A stretch of 64,000 nucleotides of DNA, filler included, from Asterionella formosa (Eukaryota): the NCBI GenBank assembly GCA_002256025.1. It is 5 parts of 5 records of this genome, joined end to end, with 100 filler letters (N's around TTAATTAATTAA, not from the genome) between each part and the next. Parts side by side here need not be neighbours in the genome. Positions count along the whole stretch, not along the records: positions 13,150 to 26,195 come from NKIB01007001.1; positions 26,296 to 39,330 come from NKIB01007002.1; 3 more parts are not named here. One strand, given 5' to 3'. The translations under genes were made by a program, and so were the position numbers. The notes beneath the pieces were generated by a model. It did no database searches. It saw nothing but the letters and a program-made list of their open reading frames with translations, and was not told where the DNA came from. Below are positions 21,329 to 31,997 of the stretch, piece after piece (position 1 is the stretch's first letter; the number at the start of each line of letters is the position of its first letter).

Positions 21329-22072
21329 TCATCTCTTTAAATACTGCTTAAAAAACAATCTCACTTGATCCTTTTGCTCCTCCGTCTCGGGTGAATTAAT
21401 AGGTGTAGCTGGGTTCCGAACATTGGCATATGTTTGAATTCGTTCCAGTGCTTCTTCCGCACCCATACCATTATACATACACCCTAACATACAAGCAGCG
21501 ACAAGCCCTGCTCGTCCTTTGCCTCCCCAACAATGTAAGTATAGTACTTCATCCTCTTTCTCTTCCATTCTACGTTTCAATTCACCAGTAAGTTGCACTA
21601 AATCGTCCATACTATCGGCAGGTTGAAAATCTCGAATCCCCATGTATATAAACTTAGCAGGCGTATCGGGATAAAACTGATTGGCCTCCATGGCATAATT
21701 CACAAATCCAGGCATGATGTTGCATGTCGCTTCCCCAGCAGACAGTTCTTCACCAAATACTAAAGTATCTGGTGATTGTGGCGGTACTTCTGCTTGTAGA
21801 CAAACAAATGTCGTAACACCAAAGTCTTGTCGTAAGACACGCATTCGTTCCAAGCTATCACCACGACCTGATCCAGGGTTTCGGCCCTGTATTAGTTTTC
21901 CAGGAATGACCCAATTGGCATAAGGTGAAATGAAATGAGATTGTCGAAGTGTTGGCAAGTCTGAAAGCGATGTAATGATGAGCGCATTTGTTGGATGGAT
22001 TGTTGTCCCCCAAGTTAGCAGTATGACGAATACTATCGTGTTGGTGACAGCAGTTATGGCAACATAAACCAT
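21329..22072 (-). CDS. Dual-specificity/tyrosine phosphatase-family protein with N-terminal signal peptide
   Basis: CX5R motif LHCWGGKGRAG; NWVIPGKL; SPETEEQ; hydrophobic N-terminus. Confidence 0.88.
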   Translation of the reverse strand: MVYVAITAVTNTIVFVILLTWGTTIHPTNALIITSLSDLPTLRQSHFISPYANWVIPGKLIQGRNPGSGRGDSLERMRVLRQDFGVTTFVCLQAEVPPQSPDTLVFGEELSAGEATCNIMPGFVNYAMEANQFYPDTPAKFIYMGIRDFQPADSMDDLVQLTGELKRRMEEKEDEVLYLHCWGGKGRAGLVAACMLGCMYNGMGAEEALERIQTYANVRNPATPINSPETEEQKDQVRLFFKQYLKR

Positions 22073-22520
22073 GGCGTGATATAATATGGTGCTGCTATTA
22101 TCTCATAGGACTACATGTCACATTTTATTTTTATCATAAAAGACAGCAAAAGCCTGCAGAATCTTGGATCAAGCTGTTGCAATAAGAAGTAAAGACAAAC
22201 AAAGGAATCCAAGATTCTCGAATATTTGATTTCTAACAATCATATTATTTGCCTTCTGCTTTGCATGCGCGCTGTTTTTAGCTTACAAAAAGGAGTCTAC
22301 TTTTTTAAACAAAAATTTTGAAACTCCCATCCCCCATGATCAAGCATTAAAAAAAGGCGCAAACAATCATGATTGGCTTCTCCATCGTTGACAGGGCCAC
22401 CTTGGCTTTAGTGTTCTCATTTTTCGAAATCCAGGAGATTATCATGACCCATCATTCATTTCCTCGCGTACCTGTACCCACCACAACAAGCAAAAAAATA
22501 ATTCAATCAACAGTATCACC

Positions 22521-23444
22521 ATGATGAAGGAATACAATCAACCATTCGTCTACCTCCATTCGTTTCCACCCACTCCTCATTGCTGCAACATGAGTCCCTT
22601 TGCCATGAAGGTCGAGAGTTACCTTCGCGCTCACAAGATTCCTTACGAAATGGTCTACACTTCTAAATTCGGCGATAAGAATATGATTCCGTACATGCGA
22701 CTTGGCCATCCCGACGAAGGGGAAGAAGTCTCGGACAGTAACGTCATTCTCACCAGATTGAAGAAGGACTACGGCGACAAGCTCGACCAGCACCTGTCCG
22801 TTGAGCAGAAAGCTGTGGCTCATGCGTTTACTCGAATGTTGGAAGAACACACGGCACAAATCGCCTTTCACTACCGATATGGGTTGAACATGCCTGAATT
22901 TTGCCGCGTGTTGGATATTCCTGATCGAATTTTTGATGCCGAGACATCGCCTAAAGGAGCCATCAGGAGCTCCATGTTCATGAAGGCTCAGTCATCGCAC
23001 ACTTTGATGAAAACGAAGTACAGAGGGTTAGCCAAGCACACTGACGATGAGTTGTGGGATTTTAGTAATCAAGACATCAAGGCCCTGTCAGATTTTTTGG
23101 GATCGAACCTCTTCTTTTTTGGGGATGAAGTGACATCATTGGATTGTACTGTTTTTGGTCACCTCTCACAATTTATATACATTCCACTTCCTTCTCCACA
23201 AAAGAAGTATATGCAAGAGGAGTGTGCTAATTTAGTAGCCTTTGTGGAGCGTTTCCGCAAATTGTATTGGTCTGACTGGGTGGCTAGGTGCGAAAAACAG
23301 CCCAATGCCAAATACGCTCAGGAAGACGACAAAGACAATGCAACTACACCAAAACGCACAATCATGATCACTGGTGGTTTATCTGTGTTGTTGTTGGCAG
23401 CCACGCTATTGTTCTCAACATTACGGGTCCCACGCGCCAAGTGA
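22521..23444 (+). CDS. GST-fold metaxin/FAX-like protein with C-terminal membrane anchor
   Basis: SPFAMKVESYLR, IPYM..VSDSNVIL, AFTRMLEEH, DIKALSDFLG..FFFGDEVTSLDCTVFGHL; C-terminal hydrophobic helix. Confidence 0.88.
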   Translation: MMKEYNQPFVYLHSFPPTPHCCNMSPFAMKVESYLRAHKIPYEMVYTSKFGDKNMIPYMRLGHPDEGEEVSDSNVILTRLKKDYGDKLDQHLSVEQKAVAHAFTRMLEEHTAQIAFHYRYGLNMPEFCRVLDIPDRIFDAETSPKGAIRSSMFMKAQSSHTLMKTKYRGLAKHTDDELWDFSNQDIKALSDFLGSNLFFFGDEVTSLDCTVFGHLSQFIYIPLPSPQKKYMQEECANLVAFVERFRKLYWSDWVARCEKQPNAKYAQEDDKDNATTPKRTIMITGGLSVLLLAATLLFSTLRVPRAK

Positions 23445-23605
23445 GCTCTTACCCAATTTACGCAAGAGTAACAGCTTCCAACTCATACCTTGGTCGACGC
23501 TGATTAGCGACAAGCTGATTATCATATCAATATAATCAAAAATGCGCAATAATAAGTATTATACAATTATGGAAAGTACATGAGCCGAGCAAAACAGATA
23601 GATGG

Positions 23606-25357
23606 TTAGAAACCCATGGCACATCCATCGGCTCGGCCATCAGACCCAGCCCATAGTACTCCAGTCTCTCTATCTCGCTTGATGATTTGGGCTCGTCCAA
23701 ACATACTCCTTGAATGGCCTGTAATGCATGCGTTCATGTTGTGTCCTCGCCGTTCCAATTCTGCCAACGAATCGCTTGGAATGCCATCCTCTAGTTGCAC
23801 AGTGCCTGATGGTGTGCCGCAAGTTATACAAAAGCGAGGCAAGTCGACCGCAGCTTGCGGATCCATCCCTCCTGCCACCATGTCGACTGTTAGTTGCAAG
23901 TGTCCTTGGGGTTGCATGTTGCCCCCCATGTTGCTAATCGTAGCGTACAGCTCACCGCTATCCGCAAAAGTCAGCATTCCCGGAATAATTGTGTGACATG
24001 GTCTCTTTCCTCCAGCCAAACTGTTTGGATGACTCTCATCCAACGTGAAACCAAAGCCTCTATTTTGCAAAGTGAAGCCACAACCGTCTGGCATAATACC
24101 AGTCCCAAATCCCATATAATTGCTATTCACGAAACTTACAGCATTGCCTTCTTGGTCCACTACTTGAAAACTTACTGTGCAACTCGACGGAAGTGGATCT
24201 CCCTGAATCGTAGCCCTGCTTGGGTCAAAAAGCGCCTCTGCTCGGCTCCCAATTCTCGCCTGGTCCAAGAGCCATTCTGGCGTCACGAGAGTATGATCAG
24301 GACAGGCTACGTGAGCACGTGCATCTGCAAATCCCAAACGCATCATTTCAATCATGACATGGTAGGCATCCGCCTTGCCAATGTTGCCTGGTGAAATCAT
24401 CGGGCATTTTCCTTTTTCTTCCAATGCTTGCAATCCTGAAAGTGCAACCAGCGCTGCCACACCTTGACCATTTGGAGGTACTTGCCACAAGTCCACTCCT
24501 CGATAGTTGGCTGATATGGGAGTGGGAAAGAGCGATTCATGTTTGTGCAAGTCGTCTACTTCCATGACGCCTCCAAACTTCTTGATCGCATCTACAATTG
24601 CCTGACCTGTAGGTCCATTGTAAAAGCCGTCAGTAGCCCCAAGTTTCCCCAACTCCCTTAATACACGTGCCATGTCTGGATTGCAAAATATTTGGCCTGG
24701 CTTTGGTGCATTTTTCCCATCCACGGTCATGGGAACGATTGGATCCATTCCATTAACCCATTTCCTAATTTGATTCATACCAGTGGCCCAATGATACGAT
24801 GTCACTGGTGTAACTGGAAAGCCTTCCTCCGCTAGTACAGCAGCTGGCTCCATGAGTTCCGAAAACGAGAATCTTCCGGATCCCTTCGTTTTATGCAAAT
24901 CTTCCCACCCTCGTGCGGCACCTGGCACCGTCACAGAGTTGGCCGAAAATTGATAGTCTTGTTCTGATATGCCACCTTTTCCATCGGGACAATGCTGTTT
25001 CAGCAACTCCATAGACAGCCGCTGTGCCGATTTCCCACTCCCATTAATGGCCGATACCTGTCGGTCCTTAGCATTGTAGTACAAACAAAACATGTCACCT
25101 CCCAGACCTGTCGAACAGGGTTCCAAGACAGCCAGTGCTGCGGCTATAGCTACTGCAGTATCCGCCGCATTCGCTCCCTTTCGGAGCATGTCCAAGCCGA
25201 CGCTACTTGCCAGGGGCTGACTGGTAGCAACACATGCATGGCGGCATAAAAAGGGGGATCTTCGGGAGGTAAAGAGCAGCGCGTCATCCTCGCTGTCGCC
25301 TTGCAGCAAAACATTCGTTGATGGTGCTAGGCTCGACGCCGCGAACCATTCGCCCAT
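23606..25357 (-). CDS. GGT: Gamma-glutamyltransferase / glutathione hydrolase family protein
   Basis: SQPLAS..G..ML.KGANAAD, EPCSTGLGGDMF, TVPGAARGW, PPNGQG, autocleavage Thr in CTVSFQVVD, LQNRG, KRPCHTIIPG, MGGNMQPQGH, GSDGRADG. Confidence 0.95.
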   Translation of the reverse strand: MGEWFAASSLAPSTNVLLQGDSEDDALLFTSRRSPFLCRHACVATSQPLASSVGLDMLRKGANAADTAVAIAAALAVLEPCSTGLGGDMFCLYYNAKDRQVSAINGSGKSAQRLSMELLKQHCPDGKGGISEQDYQFSANSVTVPGAARGWEDLHKTKGSGRFSFSELMEPAAVLAEEGFPVTPVTSYHWATGMNQIRKWVNGMDPIVPMTVDGKNAPKPGQIFCNPDMARVLRELGKLGATDGFYNGPTGQAIVDAIKKFGGVMEVDDLHKHESLFPTPISANYRGVDLWQVPPNGQGVAALVALSGLQALEEKGKCPMISPGNIGKADAYHVMIEMMRLGFADARAHVACPDHTLVTPEWLLDQARIGSRAEALFDPSRATIQGDPLPSSCTVSFQVVDQEGNAVSFVNSNYMGFGTGIMPDGCGFTLQNRGFGFTLDESHPNSLAGGKRPCHTIIPGMLTFADSGELYATISNMGGNMQPQGHLQLTVDMVAGGMDPQAAVDLPRFCITCGTPSGTVQLEDGIPSDSLAELERRGHNMNACITGHSRSMFGRAQIIKRDRETGVLWAGSDGRADGCAMGF

Positions 25358-25842
25358 GCCTGACAATGATTTGATGATGGCTTTTTATGTTCGATGGATC
25401 CGCCATGAATTATACATCAGTTTGTCGTCTACCCTATGTACTCAAATAGTCTTATTTTTAGCTTACCGGTACATAATATATAGTGTAATACTCCGTACAT
25501 TATAGTACTTACTCCTTACCGGCATGTTGTTCGCGCTATCCCCAGAGCATATTGTACGGTACATACGTACTTTACGGTCAACACTCTCGCGTCAATTGTT
25601 CGCCGCAGCCAGCAGCCTCCAACAAATGCAAGGATGCCGGTATCCTCGCAGCAGGGAGTCTCCTCCCTCGCTCGGTCGTGTCTGTTTTCCCTCCATTTAC
25701 AATTCTATTCACACACCGGTACTCAATTGATTCAGCGTCCGTTGCTCTCCGTCAACATCTATACTTCAACTCCTTCTATTATTACTATTTGCATTGCATT
25801 GTCGCAATTCATGTCAGGCATCACACTATAGATTTCGCAATT

Positions 25843-26195
25843 ATGGCTTCAATTAGGGGAGGACCGACAACGTCAATGCCACGAACAAGGGCCATTGGAT
25901 GGCTTTTGTTGTTTGTGTCGTTCCTTTCTGTCATTGGGATATTTTTCGGTGCTCCTTCTTTCGATGACTCTATTGAGTATTCTTTGTTAGACAGCTCCAT
26001 CGACTTTGGTGTCAACAATGCGATCGTCAAGATCAGTTCAACTGCCTCAGAGTCTTTCATCGGCAACAACCTTGCTCCACTTCCAGGGCTTCAGCCTCTG
26101 CGGTGTGAGCAATACCTGGAGGATGTCTACAATGGTATTATCAACATTAGCGATCCAAATGATTTCAAGGTCTACGCCCGTCGTATTCAAGGGAT
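25843..26195 (+). CDS. 5' part of a type II membrane protein, truncated by contig end
   Basis: ATG at 25843, one TM helix (AIGWLLLFVSFLSVIGIFFG), frame open to the spacer. Confidence 0.6.
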
Positions 26196-26295
26196 NNNNN
26201 NNNNNNNNNNNNNNNNNNNNNNNNNNNNNNNNNNNNNNNTTAATTAATTAANNNNNNNNNNNNNNNNNNNNNNNNNNNNNNNNNNNNNNNNNNNN
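26196..26295. other. Artificial contig spacer
   Basis: 100-bp N-TTAATTAATTAA-N. Confidence 0.97.
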
Positions 26296-26399
26296 CCGAA
26301 ATACCATTACTCTGGGACTCGGTACCTGGTACCTGGTACTGATTCACACACCGGTATTTAATTCAAATTTTCAAATGGACACTCGAATCATGGGAATTC

Positions 26400-27200
26400 A
26401 TATTAGGAAACTCCCTGTTCCACGCCGTTTTTACAACCCTAGCGATATTTTCTACGAACTAGGGTTAAGCCGTCCCGCAACGTTACGTTTCCTAAAAGTC
26501 ATAGTCATTTCCTGCAATTCATAGGAATTTCCTGAAAGTCATAATGTTTTCTTGAAAGCTTAGTCATATGCTTTGTATTCTCGTTTTTGCAATTAGAAGA
26601 ATTCCGCTATTTATTTCGCTGATTCGTGCTATGAATGGAAGATGTCCTTTCGTGCTATTTATGATAAATTATGTCGCTGTCCCTTAACACATTGTTCGTT
26701 CCAGGAAAGTGACCGCAGCTTGCAGATACAGGAACCAGATGCGGTCATTTTGCTAAAATCAACAATCTAATATGGGATGAAAGAAAGCTAAATCTTTAAT
26801 TGAGCAAAATTTCCTAAACTTGCTGGTATCTGGTACATTATCAAGGAGATCTGAAACATATCAGCAAGTAAAACGTTGAATTTTAAATTGCCAGGATCAA
26901 ATGCCGGCACAAAAAATTTCTAATCAGTTCTGAAGGGGCAGCGAAACAAAACTCCTCGCATCAGTCAAGGATCTAGATTCTACGTAGATAACATTTTATA
27001 ACCTTTTTGGTCCTTGTATAGTCACCAAGTCTGTAGTGGGATGTCTGTCAGCATCCGTTCCTGTGAGTCCTTACATGTTCTGGCATCTGTTCCAACTTAT
27101 GACCATACAAACCTTCTCGCGTTAGCGGAAGATTTCTGTAATTGTTGAGTTCTTTTAAATTAGACTCGCGAAAAGTTGATGTACCATTCTGTTCACTAAA
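26400..27200. repeat. Non-coding repeat or non-autonomous element with ~20-bp internal repeats
   Basis: About 4 copies of tttcct(g/a).aa.tcata at 26488-26562; segment shared with 5540-5620; no ORF. Confidence 0.5.
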
Positions 27201-28150
27201 ATAATAATCTACCTGTACCTGGTAGGTAGTCTATGATGAAAACTGTATTTTTAACGTGGCGGTGCACTGAAAGGTTTTCTTCGTTTCACAAATTTTACCG
27301 GTACCGGTAAAGCGTAGTCTTGTAGACCACCCTTGTATTTGTACACAACTCCAATTTTTTCCGTATACCCAGGTACCTGGACCATCCACCGTGTACCTGG
27401 TACCAGGTACCACGGTTCTGTCCCTTGCCCTGGTACCCCTCTTGGCAAAAACACGCGCAGCGATCGTTTTAATTCCATATCTATGGGAATTTCACGACGT
27501 CAGCAAAAGGACAGTACCTCCATGACATTCAGGCTGAACCAGAAACATCGACGTCAGCATCAAGAAAAATTCTTACAAATAGGTACTGAAACAGAAAAGT
27601 AGTCTAATATGTATGCTTAATTTTGGAACAGTCGAACCAGATTTCTCGACCGTGAATTCGGCCTAGGCTGTTTGTAGTTTTGTCGAACTGGTAGTAGACG
27701 ACCGAAGGATAAAAGGTTTTAAAATTAGAGACAAAGGTTCCCGCTTCTCCAGCGAGATTCGGATGCTTATGTACATCTCAGAATTAGTTCGATACCTGCT
27801 TGGACCATAGCTATTCATCAGTTCAGCAGGGAAGTACAATGGTACCAGGTACCTCGTACCTTGTACTACATACCAGGTACCCTGGCACCACTTAATACAG
27901 ACAAAGTGTGTACACAAGACAAAACGTTTCCTTTTTATTGTTGTACCGGTTGCTATGTGACGCCCGGTAGATATACTTTTTCCCTTGCCTGGCAGCGGCG
28001 ATAGATGTGCCCGGAAGCAGTTGTTGCGTCAGATGTGGGGTAACTTTCAAGCGAACTTTTAATTCGATAATCTCGTCTTGCAACACTTATCGAACCTTAA
28101 CAGCCTTATCACCGCTCCCTTTTCCTCCACATCATAGCCTAGCTGTGACG

Positions 28151-29383
28151 ATGAGCCTCTCCGATGCTGCCTCGTCCGACCCAAATACGGACCCAGAAAT
28201 GTCGACCACAGCTCCTAGCTTGGATTACGACGGCGACGGGTTCGACTTTTCGCTGTGTGGCGAGGACGATATGAGCGACGACAGTGAGCAGTTTTTGCCG
28301 CTTCCCGGAAAGGAGTCGCACACAGCTGATATGGAGCAGTTCGAACTTTACTTAAGAAAAATCAAGGCTCTTCCTCGCATGGAGTACGAAGGGGACTCGC
28401 CGTTCAACGCTGACTTCTGGGCGTACATTCAAGGAGTGCTTGAACAGGCAAGGCCTCTAGGCTTTGATGACTTGCCTGATCGCGAGCAGTGCGAACCCAA
28501 GGGACCTAGCGATAACACGGCCATGATTACCAAGATTATCGAAACCGTTCCTATCAATCCTATTCACCCACATTTTGTGGCAGAGTTGTCTGGAGTCCCC
28601 CTTCAGGACGCCTTGACTGAACTTCATTACGCCGTCCAAGTGGGCATGATGACCATGCGATGGACTCCCGTCTGTGAGCGTTGTGCTAGTCCCGTATGCG
28701 CGAAGTTCAGCCTCAACAAGTTCCCCTCTGTTGCCTTCTGCAAGTCATGTCGCTACACCACTGGCGTCGAAATGATGCAGAAGATCAAGGTCATGTTCGT
28801 GTTTAACCAAGATATTTTTTACGCTTTGGCTCAAACGTTAGCCTGCAAACCTTCCAACCAGGCTCTGTCGGTCACCGAGTTCTACGCGATGATGCCTGCC
28901 ACTTTCAGTGGATCTGGATTCACTTGGTCCGCCGGTTGCGATGGGGATAAAATGCTCCGTCCTCCTCTTGCGCCCGGAAAATATCGCATGCGCTGCCCTA
29001 TATCCTTGACTGACTCATGGTTTGTCGTCGAGCGCGAAGCTTCTGAACATGATGAACCGTTTGATCTTAACATTCATGTTTCAGATCTGGTGTATCGAGG
29101 TGGCGACATGAAGACAATCACTGTACCTCACGGGAAGGTTCGTTTTCATTGTTTTTGTGACACCAATTCATTCTTCATACTTTGGATTCTGCAAGACTTG
29201 GACGCAAAGACGTTACTTTATTTACCACCAGATGAACGCTCGCCGCTGACAGACGCAGTTACCGTCATGGCACATCCAACATACCGAAAATGGTTCGAGG
29301 GAACGGATCGCGAAGCTGATTTATTTGCAGGTGCTGTTCAGCGAATGATGATGACCGCCGAAGCTTCTAAAGCGGATAATTGA
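28151..29383 (+). CDS. DUF5939-like Cys-rich protein lacking a cyclase domain (paralog A)
   Basis: INPIHPHFVAE..LTELHYAVQVGMMTMRWTPVCERC..FCKSC..IKVMF, LAPGKYRMR, TDAVTVMAHPTYRKWF. This pattern is recalled from the N-terminal region of bacterial DUF5939 adenylate/guanylate cyclases. Confidence 0.75.
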   Translation: MSLSDAASSDPNTDPEMSTTAPSLDYDGDGFDFSLCGEDDMSDDSEQFLPLPGKESHTADMEQFELYLRKIKALPRMEYEGDSPFNADFWAYIQGVLEQARPLGFDDLPDREQCEPKGPSDNTAMITKIIETVPINPIHPHFVAELSGVPLQDALTELHYAVQVGMMTMRWTPVCERCASPVCAKFSLNKFPSVAFCKSCRYTTGVEMMQKIKVMFVFNQDIFYALAQTLACKPSNQALSVTEFYAMMPATFSGSGFTWSAGCDGDKMLRPPLAPGKYRMRCPISLTDSWFVVEREASEHDEPFDLNIHVSDLVYRGGDMKTITVPHGKVRFHCFCDTNSFFILWILQDLDAKTLLYLPPDERSPLTDAVTVMAHPTYRKWFEGTDREADLFAGAVQRMMMTAEASKADN

Positions 29384-29855
29384 AGCAAATTTATGGAAGA
29401 TCAATGATCCACTAATTTGATTCTGTTTTATTACCGAAGATCAACTGCACAGGAATGCCCTTACATCGTGCATTGACTACCATTACATTTTATTATTCCT
29501 CAATATCATCTCCATGTTTCCGATTGATTGTAGTTTCAGACATTAGATCTTTTATTTCTTATCACGATAAATGAGCTGAATCTTTTTTCACTGCTGCGTG
29601 GCGAATATTTTCTCCTTTCGTTTTTGAATGCATCGCTTTGATTCACTACTTCCAAGTGTTGCGCACCATGCAACACACTAGATGCAAGACCTTCCTTCAA
29701 CTCAATCCACTATGATGTTCCACGTAATAATTCCCTCGTGAACTTGCAAACTTTGAATAAAAATTTGAGATCAAATGAATAACGTTTTCTTTTCTATACA
29801 CAATTTAACTATTCTCTCCAGTGGACACGTGTGGTCCCACTCCATGGAAATGATA

Positions 29856-31139
29856 CTATTCCAATTGATCACTCACGGATCCTATCAGGTCAGACTCGAG
29901 CTTCATTTTATGAACAGCTTCATTGAAGTGTTCCAACTCTGTTTCGGTATTTTCCAGTATCGACTGATAGGTTGGATTTTCCATGACTCGGTACGCACTA
30001 GTGAAAGGAGGGTTTTCTTGTTGAATCAACATTGTGAGACCTTCATCATCAACATTTGGGAGGATCCAACAGACAAAAAAAGATTGAGTGTCGGTAAATA
30101 TATCCATATGAATTTTACCGTGCTCCACCTTCAAAACGTTACGTTGCTTTCCTCCCTTGTAGTACAAGAGATCCGATACGTGGACAGGTAGAACACAGGC
30201 TTCGTCGTCATCCGTAGCATCTCGTTCCACTTCGAGGAAGTTGTCTGTCAAGGTCACAGGGCAGTGCATTCGATAACATCCAGCTGGAAGACTAGGCCGA
30301 ATCATGTCATCGCCACCGCAGCCAATCGAGTATCGAAATCCAGAACCAGTGAAGGTTGCCGGAACAATTGTGTACATATAGGTCATGTCTTTTGCCTCTG
30401 ATGGTATAATGCCATGATAATTTTCCGCCAAGACGTAAAAGACATCCGGATTTAGACGAAAGACAACCTTGATTTTCTGAAGGACTTCAATGGCATTAGT
30501 ATACCTGCATCCATTGCAAAAGACCGTCTGGACTTGAGACTTCCGAGAATTACGTTTCTGATGTGCGCAGCAACCAGAAGTCCTCTCACAGGACGGACCC
30601 CATTCCATTGTAACACATCCCACAATAGTAGCATAAATCAACTCCGTCAATACTTCATCTAAGGAAATACCAGAATCCTCAGCAATGAGGTGCGGATTTA
30701 TCGGGTTAATGATGGCAGTGTTCTGGATTTTCGCAATGAAAGCTTCGTTTTCTTCCGGACCCTTTTGATCGGTCTTGTCGGAGTCAGGTAACTCGCAGTA
30801 ACCCACTGACTTCGCTTTTTCAAGCACTTCCTTCATGAATATCCAGAACTGTTCACAAAATGGAGTGCATGTTTCGAATCTAGGTTGAATTTTTACACGT
30901 TGAATGTAAATCAAAAATTGGTCAATATCAGAAGTGTGCGACTCTCGCCCTGGCATAGGCAACAGCTCTTCGTCATCGCTGCTATCAATGCTGCACAAAC
31001 TGCATTTGCTCCATTGTCTCGATAGGCACCTTTCGGAGGTAAGGCTTCCACGGCGGTAGTGAATCATTTCAGGTTGTCTGCAAACTTGAGCTTCCCGCAG
31101 TGGTTGATTAAGCTTGATACGGTCTTGTTCACCCTGCAT
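29856..31139 (-). CDS. DUF5939-like protein (paralog B), convergent with paralog A
   Basis: Collinear similarity to paralog A (LP.PG.ESHT.D..QF, KGP..N.A.I.KI, INPI.PH..AE.SG, PATF.GSGF..S.GC.GD.M.RP.L..G.YRM.CP..LTD, HVSDL.Y, DT.SFF..WIL). Start ATG uncertain. Confidence 0.8.
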   Translation of the reverse strand: MQGEQDRIKLNQPLREAQVCRQPEMIHYRRGSLTSERCLSRQWSKCSLCSIDSSDDEELLPMPGRESHTSDIDQFLIYIQRVKIQPRFETCTPFCEQFWIFMKEVLEKAKSVGYCELPDSDKTDQKGPEENEAFIAKIQNTAIINPINPHLIAEDSGISLDEVLTELIYATIVGCVTMEWGPSCERTSGCCAHQKRNSRKSQVQTVFCNGCRYTNAIEVLQKIKVVFRLNPDVFYVLAENYHGIIPSEAKDMTYMYTIVPATFTGSGFRYSIGCGGDDMIRPSLPAGCYRMHCPVTLTDNFLEVERDATDDDEACVLPVHVSDLLYYKGGKQRNVLKVEHGKIHMDIFTDTQSFFVCWILPNVDDEGLTMLIQQENPPFTSAYRVMENPTYQSILENTETELEHFNEAVHKMKLESDLIGSVSDQLE

Positions 31140-31997
31140 TGTTATTATTCGTATTTGTTTCTTATGCGCTTCTACGTCAAGTATGAACACCTTGATTGAA
31201 TACTGTCCGGGATTCTTTGCGCTAAACAATTGGGTATGCAGATCAATCGCTTCAATATTGACAGAAGGTCGTTCGACAATAACTTGCTATTATTTGCTTA
31301 TTTTTGCATCGTTCTACCGGCAAGTCATCTTCTGATATAATAGCCAGCAAGAACTATCAAAATCAGCTGCCATGCATGTGCTTACAGCATCAACAATCAA
31401 TTATAGGAATGCATATGACATTTGAGAACGCCTTGATGACTCGTCGAGGGCCCGGTCATCCTGAAAGGAAAAGAGCACAAGTAGGACCACTATGGACCAG
31501 GTTCCCCCCCCCAAAACGACGGTTGATCTGCAGGTTTACAGCATGGGACAGAAAGAAAAATAGCAATAATAAGTAACGCATTGATATTTGACTCATTATA
31601 TATATATATCAACTTATATAAAAATTTTGTGTTCTACATCGCACGTGTTACAATCTACACATTAAGCATTTCTTGTCAATGTGATGCACAGCAAGAACCG
31701 TCTGTCCTACATACCTACATTGGAATGATAAATCACGTAGTTAGAGCATCTCCACCACATCGACCAAATACCAAAGCCAAACGCAGTTGAAAATATCAAA
31801 ACACGTCACCTGGTCTAGAAATTTTTATCAATAGTCGAAATTTTCATATTTTTTTCAACCGCATCGACCAAATCCTAAAATAGTCAAATCTCGCGACCAA
31901 AATTTTAGCAAATAGAAATAGAGTTTTATTTACGTTATATGTGTATCGTTGATATAGCTGTACATACTACATAGCTACATAAACACAAAATGAAACA

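Noticed and set aside
26488..26562. Short ~20-bp repeats as a CRISPR or iteron array
   Set aside because: Degenerate and spacerless; more consistent with TE subterminal repeats.
14624..31139. Bacterial contamination as the source of the helicase and DUF5939-like genes
   Set aside because: Each shares its contig with intron-containing eukaryotic genes (NDUFB4-like, CAP-H2) and has the host TACCGGTA motif upstream; no operon structure.
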